Translations under genes and position numbers: made by a program
Assembly (NCBI GenBank): GCA_051011415.1
Contig: JBPCTY010000002.1
Coordinates: 7,104-71,103, forward strand
Source: Acidimicrobiia bacterium
GTDB lineage: Bacteria; Actinomycetota; Acidimicrobiia; Spongiisociales; UBA5794
DNA: 64,000 nt
Direction: 5' to 3'
Shown: piece after piece, positions 29,378 to 39,724 of the stretch
How positions within the stretch are numbered: the first letter of the stretch is position 1
Layout of the letters: every line of letters starts with the position of its first letter
The notes under the pieces: generated by a model
What the model was told of the DNA's origin: nothing
The model's input: the letters and a program-made list of their open reading frames with translations, nothing else
Database searches by the model: none

Positions 29378-30625
29378 ATGAATCACGACATCGCACACAT
29401 CGGACTGTCTGAGCAAGGACACCTACGAATCGAATGGGCGGCTCGCCGAATGCCCGTTCTTGCAGCTATCAAGCAGCGATTCTCCGAGGAGAAGCCACTC
29501 GCTGGCTACCGAATTGGTGCGTGCATGCATGTGACGACGGAGACGGCGAACCTGATGCTGGCGCTCGTGGAAGGTGGCGCCGAAGTAGCCCTTTGCGCAT
29601 CAAACCCACTTTCGACACAAGATGACGTCGCTGCGGCTCTCGTCGACGCAGGAATTCCGGTGTATGCAGTACGTGGCGAAGACGCAGACATGTTCTACGA
29701 CCACATCAACGCTGTCCTGGATACCGAGCCGCACATCATCTTCGATGACGGAGCGGACATGACGACTGTGCTTCACAAGGAGCGTGTTGATCAACCGATT
29801 CTGGGTGGTATGGAGGAGACGACCACTGGGGTCATCCGGCTCAAGGCGATGGCCGAGGACGATGTCCTCAGGTTCCCAGTCGTCGCGGTCAATGACTCGG
29901 ACACCAAGCACTTGTTCGACAACCGACACGGAACCGGTCAGTCCTCGCTCGACGGGATCCTCCGCGCAGCAAACATTCTGTATGCCGGCCGGCGCGTCGT
30001 CGTCGCTGGATTCGGCGACTGTGGCTGGGGTATCGCAACGCGAGCCAAGGGTATGGGCGCCGATGTCATCGTGACTGAGATCAACCCAATCCGAGCGGTC
30101 GCCGCAGCAATGGAAGGGCACCGGGTCATGACAAGCATGGAAGCCGCAGCGGAAGGTGACGTGTTCATCACGGCTACCGGCAACATCCACGTGTTCGGGG
30201 CTGAACACTTTGCGATCATGAAGGACAATGCGATCGTTGCCAACGCGGGACACTTCGATGTGGAACTCGATCTCGCTGCGCTCGATGAGATGGCGGACTC
30301 GCGCCGGGTTCTGCGTGACAATCTGGAGGAGTTCACACTTCCCAACGGCCGAAGAATCCTTGTGGTCGCTGAAGGCCGTCTGGTCAATCTCGGTGCAGCT
30401 GAGGGCCACCCTGCCGATGTGATGGATCTGTCGTTCTCAGACCAGGCGATCGCTGCGGAGTGGATTGTCCAGAATGCGGACTCGCTTGATCCGAAGGTGT
30501 ACCGCCTTCCACAGGAGCTCGACGAAGAGGTCGCCCGTCTGAAGCTCGAGGCCATGTCCGGATCGCTCGAACCGTTGTCGAAAGAGCAGGCTGATTACTT
30601 GTCGTCCTGGCAGCACGGAACCTGA
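29378..30625 (+). CDS. ahcY: Adenosylhomocysteinase (short form)
   Basis: Full-length SahH similarity, including the NAD-binding GRRVVVAGFGDCGWGIA and a C-terminal ...YLSSWQHGT. Confidence 0.95.
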   Translation: MNHDIAHIGLSEQGHLRIEWAARRMPVLAAIKQRFSEEKPLAGYRIGACMHVTTETANLMLALVEGGAEVALCASNPLSTQDDVAAALVDAGIPVYAVRGEDADMFYDHINAVLDTEPHIIFDDGADMTTVLHKERVDQPILGGMEETTTGVIRLKAMAEDDVLRFPVVAVNDSDTKHLFDNRHGTGQSSLDGILRAANILYAGRRVVVAGFGDCGWGIATRAKGMGADVIVTEINPIRAVAAAMEGHRVMTSMEAAAEGDVFITATGNIHVFGAEHFAIMKDNAIVANAGHFDVELDLAALDEMADSRRVLRDNLEEFTLPNGRRILVVAEGRLVNLGAAEGHPADVMDLSFSDQAIAAEWIVQNADSLDPKVYRLPQELDEEVARLKLEAMSGSLEPLSKEQADYLSSWQHGT

Positions 30626-30634
30626 CGCCGCAAT

Positions 30635-31906
30635 ATGACGAATCGCTACACAGGTTTGTTCTTCCTCGTCATCGCGTTTGCGATGCTTGCCGCTGCGTGC
30701 GGCTCTGGCACCGAGGAAGTGGCGGCAGAAGGGGGCGAGAGTCCAACGACCTCCGAAGCTACAGCAGACCCGCTGGCTGACTATCCGGACCCAACGGTCT
30801 CGCATCTTCAACAGTTGCTCAATGATCTCGGATACAAGGCGGGGGCCGTCGATGGGCTTCTGGGCGATCGCACTGTCGACGCGCTTCGTGCGTTTCAAGC
30901 CGACAATGGACTTGAGCAGACAGGTCATGTCGACATCGACACCCTCAGCGCGCTCGCCGACCAATCAGACAGCGCACGGGCAACAGTGGTTGAATCGCTT
31001 CAGACGGTGCTGGCCGAACTTGGGTACTACACCGATCTGATCGATGGGATACCGGGATCGCGCTCGATCGAGGCACTGACCGCATTCCAGGCTGCAACAG
31101 ACCTACCGGAAACCGGGGAGCTGGATGGGACAACGTTTGAGCGTCTGATTTCGACGTACCGAACAGAGGTCACCCAAGCGCACCTTGGCGCCGCTGCAGA
31201 GTCGGGGAGAGGCGGCGATGTGCCCGCGGTGCCTCGAACCGTTCCCGAGGGAGCTTCTCCAGACGAATACTTGCAGCAGGGAGACGACGGCCCCGAGGTT
31301 CAACAGGTGCAGAACCGTCTCATCGAACTCGGATATCGGCCTGGAACACCCGACGGGGAATTTGGCGCAGCAACGGCGAGCGCCGTCATGGCTTTTCAGA
31401 AGCGAGAAGGGCTCCAGCGTGACGCCATCGTCGGACCCGACGTCTACGACCGGCTCGCAAGCCCGCAGGGAGCCGGGCCACAATCGACAAGCAACGGGCC
31501 TCGAGTTGAAGTCGACCTTGACCGACAGATCATGTTCGTGGTCGAAGCCTCTGGAGAAGTGACGACGATCAACGTGTCGACGGGGTCCGGGAGGCAGTAC
31601 CAGTCCGCCGAGGCGGGGAAGGGCATCGTCACCGCCCACACTCCGACCGGCGATTTCGTCGTTCAGCGTCGGATAGATGGCGACCGCAAGGCTCCCCTCG
31701 GCACTCTCTACCGACCGCTGTATTTCGACGGCGGGTGGGCAATACACGGCAACCCGTACGTCCCAGGGTTCCCGGCGAGCCACGGATGTGTTCGTACTGC
31801 CAATGCAGACCAGGACTTCGTATTCGACGTGCTCAGGGATGGCGATCCCGTGTGGATCTACGGGAACAATCCACCAACTCCGTCCGACGCTGATGCAGGC
31901 TTCTAA
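30635..31906 (+). CDS. L,D-transpeptidase lipoprotein with three peptidoglycan-binding repeats
   Basis: Lipobox LAAACG. Three PG_binding_1-like repeats (LGYKAGAVDGLLG..., LGYYTDLIDGIPG..., LGYRPGTPDGEFG...). YkuD catalytic motif HGCVRT. Confidence 0.88.
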   Translation: MTNRYTGLFFLVIAFAMLAAACGSGTEEVAAEGGESPTTSEATADPLADYPDPTVSHLQQLLNDLGYKAGAVDGLLGDRTVDALRAFQADNGLEQTGHVDIDTLSALADQSDSARATVVESLQTVLAELGYYTDLIDGIPGSRSIEALTAFQAATDLPETGELDGTTFERLISTYRTEVTQAHLGAAAESGRGGDVPAVPRTVPEGASPDEYLQQGDDGPEVQQVQNRLIELGYRPGTPDGEFGAATASAVMAFQKREGLQRDAIVGPDVYDRLASPQGAGPQSTSNGPRVEVDLDRQIMFVVEASGEVTTINVSTGSGRQYQSAEAGKGIVTAHTPTGDFVVQRRIDGDRKAPLGTLYRPLYFDGGWAIHGNPYVPGFPASHGCVRTANADQDFVFDVLRDGDPVWIYGNNPPTPSDADAGF

Positions 31907-31939
31907 ACCCGCGTCGTAGCCACCGCATACCGTGAGGGA

Positions 31940-32494
31940 ATGTTGTGCTGCATCTGTGGAACTCCAGCGGTCTCGGTCTGTGCGACCTGTAAGAGGTCGC
32001 TGCGTCCCGGTGGCCAGCGTTGGGTTGGCGGATCCCTTGTGCTGTCAGCTTTCGAACACAGCGGTGCAGCCGCAACGCTTGTCCAACACTTGAAATACCG
32101 CAGAAATCTGGCTGCAGCGGGCGTCCTCGCAAAGGCAATGGCATCGCTCATCGAGTGGGCGCCCGCCTGTCTCGTGCCGGTTCCACGATCAGTGCATCGC
32201 CGGATGCGATACGGGGTGGACCAGACAACCGAACTCGCCAACCGAATCGGTAGCGAGATCGGGGTGCCCGTCCATCAGGTCCTTGCGGCGCCGTTGTGGC
32301 GACGACGTCATGCTGGAAGAGGGCGATCAGACCGGAGCGCCAGTCGGTTCCAAACGAGGGCACCGGTACCTGAGGGTGCGGTCCTGATCGACGATGTCGT
32401 GACCACCGGCCGCACAGTTCACGAAGCGCTCAGTGCGCTGGGAGATCCAAGCATTCGGGTAGTGACCGCGACTTCGGCAGGTACACTGAGGTAA
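31940..32494 (+). CDS. comF: ComF-family phosphoribosyltransferase-like protein
   Basis: N-terminal Cys pairs CCICG...CATC and a PRTase loop VLIDDVVTTGRT. Confidence 0.8.
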   Translation: MLCCICGTPAVSVCATCKRSLRPGGQRWVGGSLVLSAFEHSGAAATLVQHLKYRRNLAAAGVLAKAMASLIEWAPACLVPVPRSVHRRMRYGVDQTTELANRIGSEIGVPVHQVLAAPLWRRRHAGRGRSDRSASRFQTRAPVPEGAVLIDDVVTTGRTVHEALSALGDPSIRVVTATSAGTLR

Positions 32495-32652
32495 GGAGCG
32501 GATGCGTTCCAGACACTGGGAGGTGGCGTGGCGCACGAGCGAACAAGAGTCGCACGTTGGCCCGCCGCTGCGCTGTCGAAGCCCGCTCCAGACCACGATC
32601 GAGAGAACGCCGCTTTGTCGCGCCTCGATCTCCGCACAAGAGAGGAGCACGG

Positions 32653-33195
32653 GTGACCGTTCGCGTCCACGGTAGGAACATGCAAGTACCCCAGGAGATT
32701 CGGGTGTTCGCCGAAGACCGCCTGGAACATGCGGGGAGAATCTTCGATGACGGCAGTGCCGTTGACGTTGAGTTCTCCGAGTCGCGCAACCCACGTATCG
32801 ACGAGAAATACACGGTCGAGATCACGACCCATGTCGCTGGGCACATCGTTCGTATTGAGGCCGACGCCTCAGATGAGCGCTCGGCAGTCGATACCGCGGC
32901 CGACAAGTACGAGCGTCAACTGCGCCGATTGAAAGAGCGGCTCATCCAAAGAAATCGATCCTCGAACAAAGACCTCAACCACACAGGTGACCACTCCGAT
33001 GTATCTAGTGACCGTGGCGGCGGAATCGTCCGGACCAAGAGGTTCGCGATGAAACCGATGACCGCAGAGGAAGCTGTTTTGCAGATGGAGATGCTCGGTC
33101 ACGACTTCTTCTTCTTCCTCGACGCAGAGTCTGATAGGCACTGCGTGGTGTATCACCGGCGCGACGGCAACGTAGGACTGATCGAACCGGAGTGA
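32653..33195 (+). CDS. hpf: Ribosome hibernation promoting factor, long form
   Basis: The GTG at 32653 is preceded by AGAGGAG. An S30AE/YfiA N-domain is followed by the C-terminal dimerisation domain (PMTAEEAVLQMEMLGHDFFFFLD). Confidence 0.88.
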   Translation: MTVRVHGRNMQVPQEIRVFAEDRLEHAGRIFDDGSAVDVEFSESRNPRIDEKYTVEITTHVAGHIVRIEADASDERSAVDTAADKYERQLRRLKERLIQRNRSSNKDLNHTGDHSDVSSDRGGGIVRTKRFAMKPMTAEEAVLQMEMLGHDFFFFLDAESDRHCVVYHRRDGNVGLIEPE

Positions 33196-33207
33196 ACCGG
33201 AGCCGAA

Positions 33208-33855
33208 ATGAAGAGATTGCTCGTCGTCGATGATGTACCGCTGTTCCGAGCGGGCCTAACAGCCGCACTGTCTGGTGCCGGATATGACGTGGTCGGTGAA
33301 GCAGCCGATGGCGAAGGTGCCGTTGCTGTTGCTGAAGTGGAGCAGCCAGACATTGTGCTCCTTGACCTCCTTATGCCAGGAATGTCAGGTATTGATGTGC
33401 TGGAGAAGATCACAGCCGTCGCACCGAATGCGGCCGTTGTGCTCCTCACCGGGTCCGAGTCAGAGGAGGACCTTGTCGCTGCGATCAAAGGCGGTGCACG
33501 GGGCTACATCCTCAAGGACATGCCATTCGACGATCTTGTCGGTGCGATTGACAACATCACCGGCGGCGGGGCATCGATTTCGCCTGAAATGGCGGGGAAG
33601 CTGTTCGATGTCACACGGCAACTGCTGCGACATCAAGAGCTCGTTGGAGCACGCAAGCCAACGCTGACAGGTCGCGAGATCGAGGTACTTGGTTTGGTTG
33701 CGGACGGGAAGACGAGTCGTCAGATCGGTGACATTCTCTTCATCTCGGAGAACACGGTGAAGAACCACATCCGCAACATTCTCGACAAGCTTGGTCTCCA
33801 CTCTCGAAACGAAGCTGTCCTGTACGCCATCCGCGAGAACATCATTTCGCTGTAG
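33208..33855 (+). CDS. Two-component response regulator, NarL/LuxR family (no adjacent histidine kinase)
   Basis: Receiver domain (VVDDVPLF..., DIVLLDLLMPGMSG) plus a LuxR HTH (LTGREIEVLGLVADGKTSRQIGDILFISENTVKNH). Confidence 0.9.
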   Translation: MKRLLVVDDVPLFRAGLTAALSGAGYDVVGEAADGEGAVAVAEVEQPDIVLLDLLMPGMSGIDVLEKITAVAPNAAVVLLTGSESEEDLVAAIKGGARGYILKDMPFDDLVGAIDNITGGGASISPEMAGKLFDVTRQLLRHQELVGARKPTLTGREIEVLGLVADGKTSRQIGDILFISENTVKNHIRNILDKLGLHSRNEAVLYAIRENIISL

Positions 33856-33982
33856 CGCACATCTCTCGAGCAGTTTCGCGTTGTTCGGCGTTGTTTCCCG
33901 GATCAGAAACTGCCGATCCGACAAGCCGAGACCGTGATTCATAGGTCTAGATACGTGCGGCGCCCCGTAGTATCCGTGGACT

Positions 33983-36637
33983 ATGTCGATCCTCCAACGG
34001 GTGCTTCGCGCAGGTGAAGGCAAGCGCCTCAAAGAACTCCAAGATCTGGCCGTAAAGGTCAACGCTCTCGAACCCGAGATCGAAGCACTCTCCGACGACG
34101 AGTTGCGTGCGCGGACGCAGTGGTTCCGTGACCGGCTAGCGGACGGCGAAACCCTCGACGAAATTGAGGTCGAGGCATACGCAACGGTTCGCGAGGCGGC
34201 AAAGCGTGTGCTCGGGCAGCGCCACTACGACGTCCAGATCATCGGTGCCGGCGCCATGCATCGAGGGATGATCGCAGAGATGAAGACTGGTGAGGGAAAG
34301 ACCCTCGTCCAAACCATGCCTGCCTACCTCAACGCTCTCGCCGGCGGCGGCGTGCACGTCGTGACGGTGAACGACTACCTCGCATCGCGTGATGCCGAGT
34401 GGATGGGAAGCATCCACCGATTCCTTGGGCTCGAGGTCGGTCTCATCCAGGCGTGGATGACGCCGGAAGAACGACGGCCGCAGTACATCGCAGATATCAC
34501 CCACGGTACGAACAACGAATTCGGTTTCGATTACCTGCGGGACAACATGACCATGAACCCCGAGCACATGGTCCAGCAGGGTCACGCCTTCGGAATTGTG
34601 GATGAGGTCGACTCGATTCTCATTGACGAGGCACGAACACCGTTGATCATCTCGGGCCGGGTTGGTGAGACCGGGAAGTGGTACACCGAATTCGCCCGGA
34701 TCGCATCGCGCCTCCGCGAGGACGATCACTACGAGGTCGACGAAAAGAAGCGGCAGGTCGTCACGACTGAAGCCGGAGTGACTCGTGTTGAGGAGATGCT
34801 CAACGTTGACAACCTCTACGACCACGCAAACGTTGACTTCATCCACCACCTCGATGTAGCTCTCAAGGCGAAGGCGCTCTACACAAAGGACGTCGACTAC
34901 CTCGTCAGGAACGGTCAGGTGATGATCGTTGACGAGTTCACTGGTCGTGTTCTCGAAGGTCGTCGGTACAGCGAGGGACTCCACCAATCGATCGAAGCCA
35001 AAGAAGGCGTAGCGATCAAGGAAGAGAACCAGACGCTCGCCACAATCACCTTGCAGAACTATTTCAGGATGTACGACAAGCTCTCCGGAATGACAGGTAC
35101 CGCTGTCACGGAGGAGGGTGAGTTCGTTGAGATCTACGGACTCGAAGTTGTGGTTGTTCCGACGAATCGGGAGATCGCCCGCCTCGACCAGCCGGATCTC
35201 GTCTATGTCGACGAAGACAACAAGTTTGCGGCGGTCGCAGATGACATCACGGAGCGCCACGCACTCGGGCAGCCAATACTCGTCGGTACCGTATCGATCG
35301 AGAAGTCCGAGCGGCTCGCAGCCACGCTGAAGCGCCGAGGGATCAATTTCGAAGTACTCAACGCAAAGCAGCATGAACGGGAAGCCCACGTCATTGCGCA
35401 GGCAGGAAAGCCCGGGGCGATAACCGTTGCCACGAACATGGCAGGTCGCGGTGTTGACATCGCTCTTGGTGGAAACCCAGAGGAACTTGCCAAAGGAGAG
35501 TTGCGCAAGCGAGACGTGTCGCCTGACGACCCGACATGGGATGAACAGCTCGCCGCCGTGACCGCAGAGTTCTCAGAGGAAACGAACAGAGACAAGCAGA
35601 CGGTTCTCGATGCAGGTGGTCTGTACGTGCTTGGCACGGAACGCCACGAATCGAGACGCATCGACAACCAGCTCCGTGGACGTTCCGGGCGCCAGGGAGA
35701 TCCAGGCGAAAGCCGTTTCTATTTGTCTCTTGAGGACGACCTCATGCGACGCTTTGCAAACGACCGGGTTCAATCGATCATGGAACGTCTCAAGATTCCG
35801 CCGGATGTGCCAATCGAGGCCAAGATGGTGTCGAAGTCGATTGAGCGTGCCCAAACCCAGGTTGAATCGCAGAACTTCGAGATTCGCAAGAACGTCCTCA
35901 AATACGACGAGGTAATGAACACCCAGCGAGAGATCATCTATCGCTGGAGGAACCAGATTCTCCACGGCGAGAACACGGATGAGCTTCTCGGTGAGTGGCG
36001 CGACGAAGTCGTCGAGGACACGGTGCTCGAGATGACCGAGGGCGTCGATCCATTCGACTGGGAATGGGACGATCTGAACGTCCGAATGACCCAGATCTAC
36101 CACACGAAGATCACACAGGACTCGTTCGACGATCCTGTGAATGTGCACCCCACAGAGATCGTTGACGCCTTCGTCACCGAGGCAGCTGATGCGTATGAGG
36201 CCAGGGAGAAGGACCTCACAACAGAGGTGATGCGACAGCTTGAGCGAACGGTCGTTCTGTCCGTTATTGACAACAAGTGGCGTGAGCACCTTGGAGAAAT
36301 GGATTACCTGCGTGGCGGTATCGGGCTGCGAGCGATGGGTCAGCGTGATCCACTCGTGGAATACCAACGCGAAGGTTTTGTCTTCTTCGAGGATCTGGTT
36401 GCAACCACGAAGATTGACTCCATTAGATACATGTACCACGCCGAAGTTTCGCAGCGAGCGCCGCAGGCACAAGCAAGCAACGTGCAAACGTCAAGCGGCA
36501 AAGGTGATGGCACAACCAGGCGACAGGTGCAGCGGGACGGTGACAAGATCGGTCGCAACGACGCATGCCCATGTGGATCCGGCAAGAAGTACAAGCGATG
36601 CCACGGTGCGCCTGGCGCTGAACCTCTCCCCGCCTGA
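33983..36637 (+). CDS. secA: Preprotein translocase ATPase SecA
   Basis: Full-length SecA similarity, including the C-terminal zinc motif CPCGSGKKYKRCHG. Confidence 0.97.
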   Translation: MSILQRVLRAGEGKRLKELQDLAVKVNALEPEIEALSDDELRARTQWFRDRLADGETLDEIEVEAYATVREAAKRVLGQRHYDVQIIGAGAMHRGMIAEMKTGEGKTLVQTMPAYLNALAGGGVHVVTVNDYLASRDAEWMGSIHRFLGLEVGLIQAWMTPEERRPQYIADITHGTNNEFGFDYLRDNMTMNPEHMVQQGHAFGIVDEVDSILIDEARTPLIISGRVGETGKWYTEFARIASRLREDDHYEVDEKKRQVVTTEAGVTRVEEMLNVDNLYDHANVDFIHHLDVALKAKALYTKDVDYLVRNGQVMIVDEFTGRVLEGRRYSEGLHQSIEAKEGVAIKEENQTLATITLQNYFRMYDKLSGMTGTAVTEEGEFVEIYGLEVVVVPTNREIARLDQPDLVYVDEDNKFAAVADDITERHALGQPILVGTVSIEKSERLAATLKRRGINFEVLNAKQHEREAHVIAQAGKPGAITVATNMAGRGVDIALGGNPEELAKGELRKRDVSPDDPTWDEQLAAVTAEFSEETNRDKQTVLDAGGLYVLGTERHESRRIDNQLRGRSGRQGDPGESRFYLSLEDDLMRRFANDRVQSIMERLKIPPDVPIEAKMVSKSIERAQTQVESQNFEIRKNVLKYDEVMNTQREIIYRWRNQILHGENTDELLGEWRDEVVEDTVLEMTEGVDPFDWEWDDLNVRMTQIYHTKITQDSFDDPVNVHPTEIVDAFVTEAADAYEAREKDLTTEVMRQLERTVVLSVIDNKWREHLGEMDYLRGGIGLRAMGQRDPLVEYQREGFVFFEDLVATTKIDSIRYMYHAEVSQRAPQAQASNVQTSSGKGDGTTRRQVQRDGDKIGRNDACPCGSGKKYKRCHGAPGAEPLPA

Positions 36638-36657
36638 CCAGAGCTACGCTCATCGTT

Positions 36658-37767
36658 ATGGAACCAGTCGAACTCCGTGCGCTCGCGGCCGAACTCAGTG
36701 GCAGGCTTTCCGATGCGCGTGCGTTCCTCGATATCGAAGGCAAACAGACCGAGCTCATCGCACTCCGCGAGCAGGCATCTGCTCCGGATCTGTGGGATAA
36801 CCAGGACGTTGCGCGTCAGGTCACCAGCCGTTTGGCGAGACACGAGCAGATCATCCAGTACGTACAAGATCTCGAATCGAGCATCGAGGACGTTGAGGTT
36901 CTGCTTGAGCTCGCAATCGAGGAGGGTGATGCGGCTTCGATCGCCGAAGTGGAGGCAGAACTCGCTCGGCTGGGTGGCGAACTCGCCAAACTTGAACGTG
37001 AGTCGCTGTTCTTCGGCGACTACGACGACAATCCGGCCATTGTGTCGATCAATGCAGGGGCTGGTGGCGTTGACGCACAGGACTGGGCGGAGATGCTTCT
37101 CCGCATGTATGTGCGATATCTCGAGCGATCACCGTTCTCGTTTGTGGTCGATGAAGTCCTTGAAGGTGAGGAGGCTGGGATCAAGTCGGCGACGATGACA
37201 ATCACGGGTGACAACGCATACGGGACCTTCGAGTCCGAGCGTGGAACGCACAGACTTGTCCGAATCAGCCCGTTCGATTCGCAATCCCGTCGACACACCG
37301 CGTTCACAGGTATCGATGTGATTCCTGAGGTCGACGTGGCTGAAATCGAGGTCGATCCTGAAGACCTACGCATCGATACCTACCGCTCCTCTGGCGCCGG
37401 GGGCCAGCACGTGAACAAGACGGACTCTGCGGTCAGGATTACCCACCTCCCCACGGGAATCGTTGTTTCGTGTCAGGCCGAACGGTCGCAGATGCAGAAC
37501 AAGGCCCGGGCCATGCAGCTTCTTGCGGCCAGGCTTGCGGAGAAGGCTCGTCAGGATCAGGCCGCAGAGGTGGCTGCCATCCGCGGGGAACAGACCGAGG
37601 CCGGGTGGGGAAGACAGATTCGTAGCTACGTGATGCAGCCCTATCAGATGGTCAAGGACCTCCGAACGGAGTTCGAAGTTGGGAACATCCAAGGCGTGTT
37701 GGACGGCGACATCGATGGTCTGATCGACTCGTACCTCCACTGGCGGCGGTCTGAGCAGGGGACCTGA
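36658..37767 (+). CDS. prfB: Peptide chain release factor 2 (single ORF, no programmed frameshift)
   Basis: It has the SPF tripeptide (RISPFDS) and GGQ (SGAGGQHVNKT). The whole protein is in one frame from ATG 36658. Confidence 0.95.
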   Translation: MEPVELRALAAELSGRLSDARAFLDIEGKQTELIALREQASAPDLWDNQDVARQVTSRLARHEQIIQYVQDLESSIEDVEVLLELAIEEGDAASIAEVEAELARLGGELAKLERESLFFGDYDDNPAIVSINAGAGGVDAQDWAEMLLRMYVRYLERSPFSFVVDEVLEGEEAGIKSATMTITGDNAYGTFESERGTHRLVRISPFDSQSRRHTAFTGIDVIPEVDVAEIEVDPEDLRIDTYRSSGAGGQHVNKTDSAVRITHLPTGIVVSCQAERSQMQNKARAMQLLAARLAEKARQDQAAEVAAIRGEQTEAGWGRQIRSYVMQPYQMVKDLRTEFEVGNIQGVLDGDIDGLIDSYLHWRRSEQGT

Positions 37768-37886
37768 GCTCGCCGTCGCTCGCGGCAGTGCTCCAATACC
37801 TGTTGTTTACGAAGGGCGGCTGTAACCTCCGCGGCGGCTGAAACAGGTGGGCGAAGACTCCAGCCATCCCCAGTGATTGTTGTCAC

Positions 37887-38837
37887 ATGATCAAACTCGA
37901 AAACGTTACGAAGGTTTACGGAGGCGACACCGTCGCGCTCAAGGATGTGGACCTCGAGATCTCAAAGGGTGAGTTCGTCTTCCTCGTTGGTGCGTCCGGA
38001 TCAGGGAAGTCGACGATGATTCGGCTGATGATGCGGGAAGAAGCCCCAACCAATGGCGACATCTGGGTGGCAGGAAAGCACGCCTCTGAGCTTGCCAACT
38101 GGAAGGTTCCGCATCTTCGCCGGTCGATCGGCACCGTGTTTCAGGACTTCAAGCTGCTGCCGAACAAGACCGTGTACGAGAACGTCGCATTTGCGATGGA
38201 AGTAACGGCAAAACATCGTTCTGTGATCCGGAATCAGGTGCCACAGGTACTCAAGCTTGTTGGTTTGTCCGCAAAGTCGGATCGTCTTCCCCGGCAACTG
38301 TCCGGTGGCGAGCAGCAGCGTGTCGCCGTTGCCCGAGCGTTCGTCAACAGGCCCCTCATCCTTCTCGCCGACGAGCCGACCGGAAACCTTGATCCGGCGA
38401 CATCAGTCGGGATCATGCGCATTCTTGACCGGATCAACCGCACCGGCACGACGGTGGTGATGGCGACCCATGACCACGCCATCGTCGATGCAATGAAGCG
38501 ACGCGTGGTCGAGCTCGAGCGTGGCTATGTCACGCGAGACGAGAGCCGTGGAATCTACGAGATCCGCGAACCCGAGTCGCTTGAGTCGCAATCGGACGAG
38601 TCCGACGAACTCGATGCCCTGGACGCCGAGTCCCCCGAGCAGGAGATTCAGAAAGACATCGAGATCGAGGACACCACGGACACCGCTACCGGTGCTGGCG
38701 AGGCAGTGTTCGAAACATCAGAGATCGATGTTGTAGAGGTCGATGAGTCTGCCGACGATGCTGGTGAGGCCGACGAGGCTGGAAGCGACGATGACGGCAG
38801 TGAAGACGACCCGGCTGACGAGGAATCGTCCTCATGA
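37887..38837 (+). CDS. ftsE: Cell division ATP-binding protein FtsE with a ~90-aa acidic C-terminal extension
   Basis: It has Walker [18 protein letters not shown] and [11 protein letters not shown]. After about aa 225 the sequence is D/E/S-rich to the stop (…[16 protein letters not shown]…[18 protein letters not shown]). Confidence 0.93.
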   Translation: MIKLENVTKVYGGDTVALKDVDLEISKGEFVFLVGASGSGKSTMIRLMMREEAPTNGDIWVAGKHASELANWKVPHLRRSIGTVFQDFKLLPNKTVYENVAFAMEVTAKHRSVIRNQVPQVLKLVGLSAKSDRLPRQLSGGEQQRVAVARAFVNRPLILLADEPTGNLDPATSVGIMRILDRINRTGTTVVMATHDHAIVDAMKRRVVELERGYVTRDESRGIYEIREPESLESQSDESDELDALDAESPEQEIQKDIEIEDTTDTATGAGEAVFETSEIDVVEVDESADDAGEADEAGSDDDGSEDDPADEESSS

Positions 38838-39724
38838 CCCAGTTGTCCTACGTCTTCAAAGAGGCTTTCAACAACCTCGGGCGGAACGCACTCGTGGTGC
38901 TTGGCGCCATCCTTGCGGTCTTTATCTCGCTCACGTTGCTGTTCGCTACGTGGGTGTTCGGCGAGGTCGTACGTGTGAACACGATCCAATGGGCCGAAGA
39001 CGTCAGAGTCATCGCCTTTCTCCAGGACGACATGACGCCGGAAGCGACCGCTGAACTCCAGGAAGAGGTCGCATCGTGGCCGCAGGTTGCTGATGTGTTC
39101 TATGTCTCCAAGCAGGAGGCATATGAAGAAGCGCTCGTCCTCTTCTCGAATGACGACGCAATGCTCCGGGTCCTCGAGGAGAACCCCGATCTGTTACCTG
39201 CCTCACTTCGCGTGCAGCCGGTGGATCCGGAGGACTACAGCCTCATTGTGACGCGCCTTGAAGCGACTCCCGGTGTGCAAAAGGTCGAATCGGCTGGCGA
39301 TGCGATCGATGCGATGATCGCGCTCCAGGACGGTTTGCAGTTCATGTTCTGGGGCCTCGCCCTTGCATTATTGGTTGCCTCCGTCGCGCTAATAGCCAAC
39401 ACCATCCACATGGCGATCTATGCTCGCCGTGAGGAGATTGAGATCATGCGGCTCGTTGGAGCAAGCAACTGGTTTGTGCGGACGCCTTTCCTTATCGAAG
39501 GGGCTTTGGAAGGGCTCATTGGCGGTGCGCTAGCCGTCACGTTTGTCGTTGTCGCACAACAACTCGCAGTTGATCGCCTGACCGATCTCCCAGACTGGAT
39601 CAATTTGGCGATCCAGAACGACTTTCTCCTCAAGCAGGGCGCGCTGGTTCTGCTGTTTGGAGTCCTCGCCGGCTTACTCGGCAGTTCTCTGAGCCTTGCA
39701 GTCCACCGCACCCTGCGCTCGTGA
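38834..39724 (+). CDS. ftsX: Cell division permease-like protein FtsX
   Basis: 4-nt overlap with ftsE. It has TM1, a ~100-aa extracytoplasmic domain and three C-terminal TM helices, the typical FtsX layout. Confidence 0.9.
   Translation: MTQLSYVFKEAFNNLGRNALVVLGAILAVFISLTLLFATWVFGEVVRVNTIQWAEDVRVIAFLQDDMTPEATAELQEEVASWPQVADVFYVSKQEAYEEALVLFSNDDAMLRVLEENPDLLPASLRVQPVDPEDYSLIVTRLEATPGVQKVESAGDAIDAMIALQDGLQFMFWGLALALLVASVALIANTIHMAIYARREEIEIMRLVGASNWFVRTPFLIEGALEGLIGGALAVTFVVVAQQLAVDRLTDLPDWINLAIQNDFLLKQGALVLLFGVLAGLLGSSLSLAVHRTLRS

Noticed and set aside
34136-35389. 417-aa antisense ORF opposite secA. Similar long antisense ORFs are 26766..27725 opposite manB, 29600..30409 opposite ahcY, 35573..36487 opposite secA, 45201..46172 opposite the helical-repeat gene, 48444..49214 opposite pfkA, 59131..59958 and 61892..62857.
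   Set aside because: These are typical stop-poor antisense frames of GC-rich genes. The translations are Cys/Arg/Val/His-rich with no recognisable motifs, and the opposite strand carries unambiguous homologues.
36658-37767. Programmed +1 frameshift in prfB.
   Set aside because: The whole RF2 reads in one frame from ATG 36658. There is no early in-frame UGA or split ORF.
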